Below, piece after piece: positions 54,660 to 63,035 of a stretch of DNA of 64,000 nt; within the stretch, counting starts at the first letter, position 1, and every line of letters starts with the position of its first letter. Below the pieces are notes generated by a model that saw nothing but the letters and a program-made list of their open reading frames with translations, ran no database searches and was not told the DNA's origin. Made by a program: the position numbers and the translations under genes. This DNA is from Candidatus Amesbacteria bacterium (GTDB taxonomy: Bacteria; Patescibacteriota; Microgenomatia; CAZETR01; Amesbacteraceae). Where the stretch lies: the NCBI GenBank assembly GCA_027371535.1, contig DAHXMV010000001.1, positions 253,259 through 317,258 on the forward strand, given 5' to 3'.

Positions 54660-55835
54660 ATGTCAGAAAAACTCGCACAATATAATATTATCTATAAATT
54701 TAAACGGGCAGATGATTATGCGTCGGATAAAAAGGTGCAGCCTGACGAAAGCCTTAGAAATATTGACTGTGGTTTAGGTTCTTCACCATTCGGTTACCCA
54801 CCGGAGGTTGATACTGCTCTCCAAAATATCACCCCGAGCCTTTTGAACGAATATCCGAATGATCCTTATTCTGAAAGCCTGTCCCATCTGGTAAAAGATA
54901 GATTTCATCTTAAAAAATCTACCTCGGTTTTTTTTGGCGGAGCCGGCAGTTATGGTTTACTAGCTTCATTATTAAGCGACATGGTTAAAGTGGGGGCAAT
55001 AGTAAATGGTATAGAAGTTGTGGGTGCGGGTCCTCAATTTACGAATATAAAAATACTTTCGCAAAGAGCACAGATTCCATATCACCCCTTGACACCCGAT
55101 ATAGGCCTACCTTACGAAGAAAAAATTGATATGTTAATAAAAAATCGGGAAAGAGCCTACAACCCTGCAATAGTTTATATCGATAATCCCAATAATCCCA
55201 CTGGGGCGACTGTATGTTTTAATACCCTGTGTGAATTATCTGAAGCCACTGCTAAAAAGGATTTATTGATTATTGATGAAGCTTACGGAGATGCTGTTCC
55301 CGATGAAAGTTCAGCATTTCGCCTGGCTGATATCTATCCCCATGTCGTCGCTCTTCGTTCCATTTCTAAAACGGTAGGTCTGGCTTCTCCCCGGCTCGGT
55401 TACATGGCCATGTCGGGTTACACTGCCAAGGCATATGAAAATTTACAACTGGTATTTTCACTTGATTCTCTGACCCAATTAATTGGTCATGCAGTTTTAC
55501 AACCTGAAGTGTTGGCCAGTTTTTTACCCAAAGTCAGAGAAATGACAACTCAGGCCAAGTGTAGTTTTACACAAATGCTTAACACTCATGGGGTGGAAAC
55601 GTTTAGTACTCAGCCGTCGGTCAGTATTTTGTTGGCTAGGGCCAACCAAAACTTTTTTGAAAATTTAAAACAGATTAATATATGTACTGAAAGTGGCGCC
55701 ACTTTTAAGCCCACTCATCCAGCAATGGATTGTAGTTATGTTCGTTTTCGGATTCCCGCTGATCAAAAAGATATAACTGAAATCGGAGACAGACTGGAAA
55801 TGATTAGCCAACATAACTCCGTTAATAATGGTTAG
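54660..55835 (+). CDS. Class I/II PLP aminotransferase (HisC/CobD-like)
   Basis: NPNNPTG, DEAY, RSISKTVGLASPRLG. Confidence 0.87.
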   Translation: MSEKLAQYNIIYKFKRADDYASDKKVQPDESLRNIDCGLGSSPFGYPPEVDTALQNITPSLLNEYPNDPYSESLSHLVKDRFHLKKSTSVFFGGAGSYGLLASLLSDMVKVGAIVNGIEVVGAGPQFTNIKILSQRAQIPYHPLTPDIGLPYEEKIDMLIKNRERAYNPAIVYIDNPNNPTGATVCFNTLCELSEATAKKDLLIIDEAYGDAVPDESSAFRLADIYPHVVALRSISKTVGLASPRLGYMAMSGYTAKAYENLQLVFSLDSLTQLIGHAVLQPEVLASFLPKVREMTTQAKCSFTQMLNTHGVETFSTQPSVSILLARANQNFFENLKQINICTESGATFKPTHPAMDCSYVRFRIPADQKDITEIGDRLEMISQHNSVNNG

Positions 55836-56919
55836 AGAGAAATTTATCGACCAGCTTGGAAAATTAGTTGAAATTTCCACCATCTCTTCGGACTCCGCTG
55901 CCAATTCCATGGCCCTGGATATAGTAGAAAGTTGGGTAAACGACAAATCTCATAAACTCCGTGTAAAAAACGGTAATGCTGAGATTTTATTATTGGGAAG
56001 CGGTGATCTAATAAACCCAAAAGTGGGTTACCTGGTACACATGGATGTGGTTGAAGGCCAGCCCAGTCAATTTAGACTGACCCATTCCGGTAATAAACTC
56101 TTAGGCCGGGGGGTCAGTGATATGAAATTTTCCATCCCGATTGGGGTGGAACTACTCAATCAGACCATTACCGGTAAATCAGATAATGACTTCACCCTGG
56201 CAATTACTACGGATGAAGAAGTTGGCGGCGGTGAAGGCGGTAAACACTTGGCTGATGTTTTGCAATTCCGGCCTGGAGTATTAGTTGTCCCTGATGGCGG
56301 TGATGGATTCGTCTTAGTCAATAAATCCAAGGGTGTAGCCCATGTTTGGGTGGAATCCACAGGAAAACCTGCCCATGCTTCCACTCCCTGGTTGGGGAAA
56401 AATGCCCTAACCCCGTTATGCCGCCTTGCAGCTAATTTATTAAATAAATATGATCAAAACTCCAGACAGGAGAATTGGGAAACCACTATGAATATCGGTT
56501 CCTTTTCGGGAGGAAAATCGGTCAACCAAGTTTGCCCTGAAGCAGTCTTAAGGTTGGATTTCCGCTTTCCAGAAACCCGGACTGTAGATGAAATTTTAGC
56601 CGAAATCAAACAGTTAGCAGCAGGCGTAGATCCGACATTGAAAGCTAAAATAACTGCTTCCGGAGATCCTACCTTTACAGATGTTAAATCCGAACCTGTC
56701 CGCAAATTACAACAAGCTTCCCAGGAAATTCTGGGTCATGCCATTGCTGTAATTGGTGAATGTGGTGCTTCCGATGCCAGATATTGGGCCAGATATCATA
56801 CCCCTATAATTATGACCAAACCTGAAGGTGGAGGGATACACAGTGATGACGAATGGATAAATTCTGACTCATGTCTGACTTTTTACTCTTTAATTTCAAG
56901 ATATCTTGCAATATTATAA
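55828..56919 (+). CDS. M20 family metallo-amidohydrolase (ArgE/DapE-like)
   Basis: HMDVV, GRGVSDMK, DEEVG, GKPAHAS, C-terminal H..DE. Confidence 0.9.
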   Translation: MVREKFIDQLGKLVEISTISSDSAANSMALDIVESWVNDKSHKLRVKNGNAEILLLGSGDLINPKVGYLVHMDVVEGQPSQFRLTHSGNKLLGRGVSDMKFSIPIGVELLNQTITGKSDNDFTLAITTDEEVGGGEGGKHLADVLQFRPGVLVVPDGGDGFVLVNKSKGVAHVWVESTGKPAHASTPWLGKNALTPLCRLAANLLNKYDQNSRQENWETTMNIGSFSGGKSVNQVCPEAVLRLDFRFPETRTVDEILAEIKQLAAGVDPTLKAKITASGDPTFTDVKSEPVRKLQQASQEILGHAIAVIGECGASDARYWARYHTPIIMTKPEGGGIHSDDEWINSDSCLTFYSLISRYLAIL

Positions 56920-56942
56920 AAGAATGCTATAATAATCTTTGT

Positions 56943-57002
56943 ATGAAATTGGCAGTTAGCTTCTTTAGCTTTTTCTTTACTCTCTCAAAGGGGAGGGTCT
57001 AA
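56943..57002 (+). CDS. Phe-rich leader peptide MKLAVSFFSFFFTLSKGRV
   Basis: Five Phe in six codons; follows TGCTATAAT and precedes an antiterminator/terminator. Confidence 0.7.
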   Translation: MKLAVSFFSFFFTLSKGRV

Positions 57003-57034
57003 GGCTGTAAACAATAAAGAAAAAGCCTAGAGAC

Positions 57035-57059
57035 ACTCCCCGAAAGGGGAGTTTTTTTT
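57035..57059 (+). terminator. Attenuator terminator hairpin
   Basis: ACTCCCC-GAAA-GGGGAGT plus T-run; its 5' arm can alternatively pair with 56990-57006. Confidence 0.8.
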
Positions 57060-57221
57060 ATGAAAAAAGAAATCCAAATACCAAAAGAATTACCACCTAA
57101 ACCTCAACCGCCAGCCGAAGAAGCCCCGCGCTGGTTGATATATAAAATGGAGTTGGAGAAAATAGGCATTATTCTTGAACCCATAGACCCCAAAAATACA
57201 GCTGAAAATCAAGTGATTTAA
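57060..57221 (+). CDS. Small Pro-rich hypothetical protein (53 aa)
   Basis: MKKEIQIPKELPPKPQPPAEEAPRWLIYKMELEKIGIILEPIDPKNTAENQVI; starts immediately after the attenuator. Confidence 0.5.
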   Translation: MKKEIQIPKELPPKPQPPAEEAPRWLIYKMELEKIGIILEPIDPKNTAENQVI

Positions 57222-57264
57222 AATCAAGAACGTATCTATCACTGTAGATTTAATAAAGTGTCAA

Positions 57265-57864
57265 TCAAAGCCCGAAGCAATATTCATTAATTAACCCTTT
57301 TATTTCCTCTTCAGTCAGATCATCATCGTTTAAATTCAGCTCGCGGTTCCACTGGTGCCAGAAATCAGCGTCGGTTTCGGTTACCAGATCCGCCAAACCC
57401 AAATCAGAGAGCACTTTATTTAAATCCGTCTCCTTATTTTTCGCCTCCACTTCAAAATTGTATCTGTCTGTCTTTCCGGTCTGGCGGGTGAGTTTCAGTT
57501 CAAACTCCGGCTTTTGGAAGATGAAATTTTCATACTGGGCAATGTAACAGGCTTTTTCTCCGGGAATCAGTACCCGTAGTATTTGGTAGGCATTAAATAT
57601 TTCTTCTGTATTGGCAGTTAAACTGACTTTCTGTTCGCTCCGGCTCCATTTGCGGTTCTTTTCCCAGCTGCCGACTTTTTGCATAATTTCAGCTTTTCCA
57701 TCTGTAATCCTGATTCTGGTGTCGACATCGTTTCGGCTATGGTCCCAAAAAGAAAACGCCAGTCTCCGGGATTTGACGGGTGCCCCGAACCGGTCCGTAA
57801 ATCTAGTCAAGAAGTCTTCAAACTGCCCGGGGGTCAGCCTGCCCCAAGATTCTTCCTCATTCAT
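57265..57864 (-). CDS. CYTH-like domain protein
   Basis: RIRITDG...K and NFEVEA motifs. Start moved to MNEEESW, 6 nt after TATAAT. Confidence 0.6.
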   Translation of the reverse strand: MNEEESWGRLTPGQFEDFLTRFTDRFGAPVKSRRLAFSFWDHSRNDVDTRIRITDGKAEIMQKVGSWEKNRKWSRSEQKVSLTANTEEIFNAYQILRVLIPGEKACYIAQYENFIFQKPEFELKLTRQTGKTDRYNFEVEAKNKETDLNKVLSDLGLADLVTETDADFWHQWNRELNLNDDDLTEEEIKGLINEYCFGL

Positions 57865-57941
57865 AAACTGATTATAAGTCCGGGTAAATAAAGTGGTAAA
57901 TTGGTGAAATTTAATCCGGGGTTGTAGAATGATTAAAGAAT

Positions 57942-58475
57942 ATGGAAAACTTTCAATCAGTCGGCAGGCAATCACTGTATTACCGGCTGTTACCCAGAAT
58001 CCTGGCGGCATCCCTGCTGGCTTTAATGATTATCGTGGTCTTATCCATGGCGGCGTCTTTTTTGCATCTGGGAGCCTATATCCTGTGGATAATGCTGATT
58101 GGTTTTGTGTTTTTGGCTATTGTGGCAGTAGTCACCTATATCACGGCCTATCTGGAGTTCTCGAACCTAAAATATCTGATCGAGGACCATGCATTGTTTC
58201 TGAAAGAAGGGGTGTTTGAAGTGGATACGGAAACCATCCCGTTTCAGAAAATCCGCAACGCGTCTTTTTACCAGTCGCTCGTACAGAGACTGTACAAAGT
58301 CGGAGATATTGTGATTGACCAGGATCCGGAAACTTACACCTGGGTGGGAATCGATGTGCAGACTGCCCAAACGATAATGGATGCGGTGTCTGCCAGAAGC
58401 AATATTCAGCCGATTATGGTGGAAGGTTCCAGTCCCAATCCTTTTTCCACCCCCAAGCCTACCGGCCAGAATTAG
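57942..58475 (+). CDS. Membrane-flanked bacterial PH-domain protein (YdbS-like)
   Basis: Two TMs, then G.F...ETIPFQKI...QSLVQRLYKVGDI. Confidence 0.75.
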   Translation: MENFQSVGRQSLYYRLLPRILAASLLALMIIVVLSMAASFLHLGAYILWIMLIGFVFLAIVAVVTYITAYLEFSNLKYLIEDHALFLKEGVFEVDTETIPFQKIRNASFYQSLVQRLYKVGDIVIDQDPETYTWVGIDVQTAQTIMDAVSARSNIQPIMVEGSSPNPFSTPKPTGQN

Positions 58476-58523
58476 ATGATATATACGGTATAAAGGAAAA
58501 ATCTGAGGGCAACCGGATGAGCG

Positions 58524-59198
58524 TTATGCAGCGGAGCGGGAGATGAAATCTTCTATCTGATTCCAAACCAGTTCGCATTGTCTTAAGTCACGGCGAAAAT
58601 CGTGACCGATATTCGGTTGTCTGACGACATAGGATTGAGGGGCATTTTTAACTATCAGTTCTGACTGTTGAGGTGATACGGCATTGTCTTTTTGGGCGAT
58701 AAAAATCATAAAAGGTTTATTTATTCGGCCGGCTTCTTCGACAGCACTATACTGCAGCCCATCTTTAATAAAGTCGTCCGGGACTGCAAAGGATCGGCTT
58801 TTTTGGGGACTGTCCGGCAAATCACGGACGGAAGTTTTATATTTTTGGCCCTGCCATTTGGCTGCCAAGAGTCTGAGGTCCGGCGGAGGGCAGAGAGCCA
58901 CTATCCGGGTGACTTCGGGAATCCTGTTTCCGGCAATAATGGCTACCATGGCTCCCAGACTATGGCCGATTAAGATGATATCCCCGGGTTTTTCATGAAG
59001 GTGATGATTGACTCTGTCTTTGACCAGGCTAAGGTAATTGGTGACTGAATAGTCAGAAATATTTCCGCCGTTCCACAAGTTTGCCGGATCCAACTTTTCG
59101 GTTTGATATCCCAATTTCCGCAGCCGGCTATCAAAAGTCCGCAAATGCAAATAATCGGGCGAATCCAAAAAACCGGGTAAAAGAAGGGCAATTTTCAT
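58524..59198 (-). CDS. Alpha/beta hydrolase
   Basis: LPGF, GHSLG nucleophile elbow, D, GHDF. Confidence 0.88.
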   Translation of the reverse strand: MKIALLLPGFLDSPDYLHLRTFDSRLRKLGYQTEKLDPANLWNGGNISDYSVTNYLSLVKDRVNHHLHEKPGDIILIGHSLGAMVAIIAGNRIPEVTRIVALCPPPDLRLLAAKWQGQKYKTSVRDLPDSPQKSRSFAVPDDFIKDGLQYSAVEEAGRINKPFMIFIAQKDNAVSPQQSELIVKNAPQSYVVRQPNIGHDFRRDLRQCELVWNQIEDFISRSAA

Positions 59199-59371
59199 AC
59201 ACCGATTATAGCGCAGAATTATTCAATTCCCTTTCCAAAAGCCGGGTGACCGCGTCTTCAAAATCGATGACGTCGCCGTTCATCCTTTTGGGGTGGTTTA
59301 AATCCAGATCCTGCCATTCCAAATAGACGAGCTTTTCGTTTTGGCGGCTTTCAGACTGATTCCGGCGGCTT

Positions 59372-59839
59372 TCATGATTTTTGCGGCTGATACCTTAAAA
59401 ACAGACGATCAACTCCGGGGCCGAAATAGTCCTTTTTGAAGTTATAAATCACAAAACCGTTGGTCAGATAGAGAATAATAATCGGGGAATTGGCCGGATA
59501 GCAGGTAGCGGAAATACTTTTGGCTCCGGGTTTTTTTAACAGGTCATCCAATCTGAGCTGGAACAGTTTCAAGCCGATCCCCCGACGGCGAAACCCGGGA
59601 TGGACGATCATGCCGCACATTTCGTATTCGCCTTTTTTTCTTAAACTGTAGCCGGCCCAGCCAACCAGAGTCTCCCCATCAAAAGCGCCATATGCCCGGC
59701 CGTCTTTATTTTTAAAAATATAACTATTCAGAGAATCCGGACTGTGACGGTAATAAACCGGCAGTCCGGGAGCATATTGAGATTCAAATTCCAGAATATC
59801 GGTTTTATGTTCCGGAGTCAGGATCTGATAGCAAATCAC
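59372..59839 (-). CDS. GNAT family N-acetyltransferase
   Basis: VHPGFRRRGIG, N..I.LY...GF. Confidence 0.88.
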   Translation of the reverse strand: MICYQILTPEHKTDILEFESQYAPGLPVYYRHSPDSLNSYIFKNKDGRAYGAFDGETLVGWAGYSLRKKGEYEMCGMIVHPGFRRRGIGLKLFQLRLDDLLKKPGAKSISATCYPANSPIIILYLTNGFVIYNFKKDYFGPGVDRLFLRYQPQKS

Positions 59840-60004
59840 CGGCTAATTATACGACAGGGACGGTGTTCGGATAAGAGGTTTTTAATAATGCAGCGTTTAA
59901 CCGGCCGGATTTATCCACGGCACATTAAACGCCTAGCATGGGCGTATGGACATTGTTTTTTCCCGACGGTTAATGGTGCGATCCAGATCGGATATAATTG
60001 ATGA

Positions 60005-60706
60005 ATGGCCAGGGAAAGAGAAATAAAAATCAGATTAAAAGACATCAGCCTGGATGAATTTGTAAACCGGGTGGAAAAATCAGGTTTTAAATTGGAAAGC
60101 ATAATTACCCAAACGGATATATATTTTGATAGAAGGGACTGGTACCTGTATGATAATTTGGCCGCACTGAGACTTCGAAAGGTTAATGATAAAGATGATT
60201 CAGTTTCTTTTAAGAAGTTGTTTTATTTACCAAATCGAACGGATAAACATTTTATTGAGGAAATAGAAACCAGGTTCCCGCCGGAGAAAGAAAAGATGGA
60301 TGAAATAATTCAGAGGTTACGATTAAAAGGCAAGGTTGATTTAAGAAACGGCGATACCATATCAGAATATTTCAGAATGAACGGTTATTTTGACGAACAA
60401 AAAATGAGTAAAATAAGAAAAGTATATATAAACGGATATGATGAAATAGTCATTGACGATGTGGACCGGGTCGGTTTGATTATAGAAATTGAATGCCGGG
60501 AGGGCGAACCGATTGATATTGCCAATAAATTATTGACAGACAGGGAATGGGTGCGGGATCTGGAAGGTACCAGCTATATCTGGCTAAGAAACGTCAAAGG
60601 ATTAAACAGGCATCTGAAACACCTGAAGTGTTTTGAAACAGATCCAACCTGGAATGTCTGGGATAATGAAAGGGATTTTTACCAAAGCATCCAATCATCA
60701 TCTTAA
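60005..60706 (+). CDS. CYTH domain protein (CyaB/triphosphate tunnel fold)
   Basis: EREIK (ExExK), QTDIYFD, LRLR, IEIE. Confidence 0.82.
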   Translation: MAREREIKIRLKDISLDEFVNRVEKSGFKLESIITQTDIYFDRRDWYLYDNLAALRLRKVNDKDDSVSFKKLFYLPNRTDKHFIEEIETRFPPEKEKMDEIIQRLRLKGKVDLRNGDTISEYFRMNGYFDEQKMSKIRKVYINGYDEIVIDDVDRVGLIIEIECREGEPIDIANKLLTDREWVRDLEGTSYIWLRNVKGLNRHLKHLKCFETDPTWNVWDNERDFYQSIQSSS

Positions 60707-60730
60707 AACAAAGCTTGTATTTAAAACATT

Positions 60731-60766
60731 AAAAACCGGCCAGTGGTGAAATGACCGGCTTTTTTC
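60731..60766 (-). terminator. Intrinsic terminator between convergent genes
   Basis: Minus-strand GCCGGTCA-loop-TGGCCGGT with T-runs on both sides. Confidence 0.6.
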
Positions 60767-60781
60767 AAATTCAAATACAGA

Positions 60782-61135
60782 CTAATTGAATCTGCGATTG
60801 CGGTTTCCGCTATGGAATCCGTCGCGGCTGCCGCCGGATCTGGGACCTGAACGATTGGATCTGTCAAAACCCGGTCCGGAGGATTCAGTTTTCGGCCTGG
60901 CTTCGTTGACGATCAGTTTTCTGCCGTCCATTTCAGCACCGTTTAGCTTTTTTACAGCTTCCGCAGCTTCGGCGTCCGTGGACATTTCCACAAACCCGAA
61001 ACCCTTGGACTTTCCGGTAAACCTATCGATGATGACGTTGGCGGAGATGACCGTGCCGGCCTGGGCAAAAAACGTTTTTAATACGTCTTCAGTCGCCGAC
61101 CATGGTAACCCACCCACGAATAATTTATTTGCCAT
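60782..61135 (-). CDS. RRM RNA-binding protein with Gly/Arg-rich tail
   Basis: RNP2 LFVGGL, RNP1 KGFGFVEM. Confidence 0.93.
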   Translation of the reverse strand: MANKLFVGGLPWSATEDVLKTFFAQAGTVISANVIIDRFTGKSKGFGFVEMSTDAEAAEAVKKLNGAEMDGRKLIVNEARPKTESSGPGFDRSNRSGPRSGGSRDGFHSGNRNRRFN

Positions 61136-61565
61136 TAAACTTGTTCACCTCGATTCCTGTAAGCAATCTCTTTACAAACTGTTTTTCCTCGAACGTTCTT
61201 ATGTGAACAAGAATAGGCTCTGCGGTTATCTAAATGTAGCTGTAAAAAAGAATACTGGTAATGATTATACACTATCAGGGGGATAAAGATCAGTGCAGGA
61301 GGGCTTTGTTTATGGCTTCACGGATGTTTTTGCCGCTAAACCAACCGCCGAGGTGAACCAGGACCGGTTTATTTTTATACCAATCATCCAGGTAGCATTT
61401 ATTAATATGTCCGCCTTTTTGCAGAAATTTCGCAACGAGCTGGTCAATTTCAGTAGTCGTAATTATCTATCAGTATATCACTAATATCCAGTCTCCAAAT
61501 CCCAATAATTTTTAATGAGACCGGAAACGATGGTTTGGGTCAGGATTTGATGATATACTCTGGGA

Positions 61566-61895
61566 ATGGGAAATTTTCAGGGCGGCGGTTTTAACCGGGA
61601 CAGGAGATCGTTCGGCGGCAGAAGAAACACGGGGGACAGGCAGATGTTTAAGGCCGTGTGCAGCAATTGCGGTAAAGATTGCGAAGTGCCTTTTAAACCG
61701 ACAGGCGAAAAACCCGTCTATTGCAGCGACTGCTTTGCAAAAATGGGCGGAAGCGACAGGAGAGCTTTTGACAGACCAAGAAGAGATGAGCGGGGCCCCG
61801 GAGATGACAAGTATAAAGTTTTATTGGAATCGGTGGATGCCAAACTGGATAAGATTCTAAATCTTCTTCAACCCGGTCCGGAACAAACTTCCTGA
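61566..61895 (+). CDS. CxxC-x17-CxxC zinc-ribbon protein
   Basis: CSNCGKDCEVPFKPTGEKPVYCSDCF. Confidence 0.88.
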   Translation: MGNFQGGGFNRDRRSFGGRRNTGDRQMFKAVCSNCGKDCEVPFKPTGEKPVYCSDCFAKMGGSDRRAFDRPRRDERGPGDDKYKVLLESVDAKLDKILNLLQPGPEQTS

Positions 61896-61908
61896 GTCCG
61901 GATTGAAA

Positions 61909-62346
61909 CTACTTCTCTATGGCCAGATTTTCTGCTAACCAGGCGTTATATCCCCCGTCCATATCAGAAACATTTTTAAACCCCTTATTTTGCATAATGG
62001 TGAGAGCCAACCCGGAGCGGTGGCCGGTCCGGCAGTAGATCAGATATTTTCCGTTTTTATCCAGTGTGTCCAGATAATCCGAAAACTGCTGGGTTTGATA
62101 ATAGTCAATTTGTTTTGCGTTTTTCAGATGACCGGCCTGATGTTCTTCCGCCGTCCTGATATCCAGCAACGTGTATTCCCCGGAAGCGAGCGCCGAATTA
62201 AACAGTTGGGGAGCAATATGCGAATAGGCCGGCAGACCGCCGGTCACTTTCTGTGGTGTTTTTACCGGACCAGTCCCGGATGTAATCATCGCCCCGGCTG
62301 CAAACGAGGCAACTATCAGCAGGCAAAAAATGACTATCTTTTTCAT
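61909..62346 (-). CDS. Rhodanese-domain protein with signal/TM segment
   Basis: LLDIRT..E...GHL, YCRTGHRS, DMDGG..AW. Confidence 0.9.
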   Translation of the reverse strand: MKKIVIFCLLIVASFAAGAMITSGTGPVKTPQKVTGGLPAYSHIAPQLFNSALASGEYTLLDIRTAEEHQAGHLKNAKQIDYYQTQQFSDYLDTLDKNGKYLIYCRTGHRSGLALTIMQNKGFKNVSDMDGGYNAWLAENLAIEK

Positions 62347-62681
62347 ACCGTGGGATAACCTTTCACTCTCCAGGCCAATAATCCATTGGCCATATCATAA
62401 ACTTGTTTATAACCCAATTTAATCATTGTATCTACAGCGTAAATACTTCTGGAGCCGCTTAAACAGTAGACATATATGACTGCGTTTTTATCCGGAATAA
62501 CCGATCCGATTTTGGAGGCTACTTCATCGACCGGCAGGTTAATACTGGCGGCAATTTTTCCCCGGGAATATTCTCCCACGGTCCGGACGTCAAGCAAAAT
62601 AAAGTTTTTGCCGGTGTCAACTGCCGACTTTACGTCATCAGCTGAAACCCGGGGCACGGTCGGACCGGTATTGTCAAACAT
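62343..62681 (-). CDS. Rhodanese-domain protein
   Basis: LLDVRT..EY, YCLSGSRS. Start moved to ATG 62681 after an AAGGA ribosome-binding site. Confidence 0.9.
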   Translation of the reverse strand: MFDNTGPTVPRVSADDVKSAVDTGKNFILLDVRTVGEYSRGKIAASINLPVDEVASKIGSVIPDKNAVIYVYCLSGSRSIYAVDTMIKLGYKQVYDMANGLLAWRVKGYPTV

Positions 62682-62904
62682 TTTCCTTATCTTTGGTTTT
62701 CCGGGTAGATATTCCCAAAACAGCGTAAAGGCCGCAAAAACCAATAATTCCGGTAACCAATGCAATGGCTCCGATTACATACAGGACAGTTGATAGGGTG
62801 CCCGTAAACACAAAGCGGGCTGCTGCAAAAGCCATGATACCCATGATCACTCTGATTGTCCGGTCAATGGTGCTTTCATTTTGTTTCATAAGTGGACAAG
62901 ACAT
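62674..62904 (-). CDS. DUF2892 (YgaP-like) membrane protein
   Basis: NE..IDR.IR...G...TG..GFC.LY..LGIST. Confidence 0.85.
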   Translation of the reverse strand: MSCPLMKQNESTIDRTIRVIMGIMAFAAARFVFTGTLSTVLYVIGAIALVTGIIGFCGLYAVLGISTRKTKDKENV

Positions 62905-62956
62905 AGTTTAACTCACCTCCAGTATTTGCAAAAGTTGGGGTTTAAGCCATGAAGAT

Positions 62957-62976
62957 ATATTAGCATATGCTAATAT
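62957..62976. promoter_or_regulatory. Perfect 20-bp palindromic operator in the rhodanese operon promoter
   Basis: ATATTAGCATATGCTAATAT, directly downstream of a minus-strand TTGACA (62979-62984). Confidence 0.7.
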
Positions 62977-63035
62977 TATGTCAAGATATCCAGTCTGCTG
63001 ACCGGATATGGTAAAAAATTATATAATGGGGGGTG

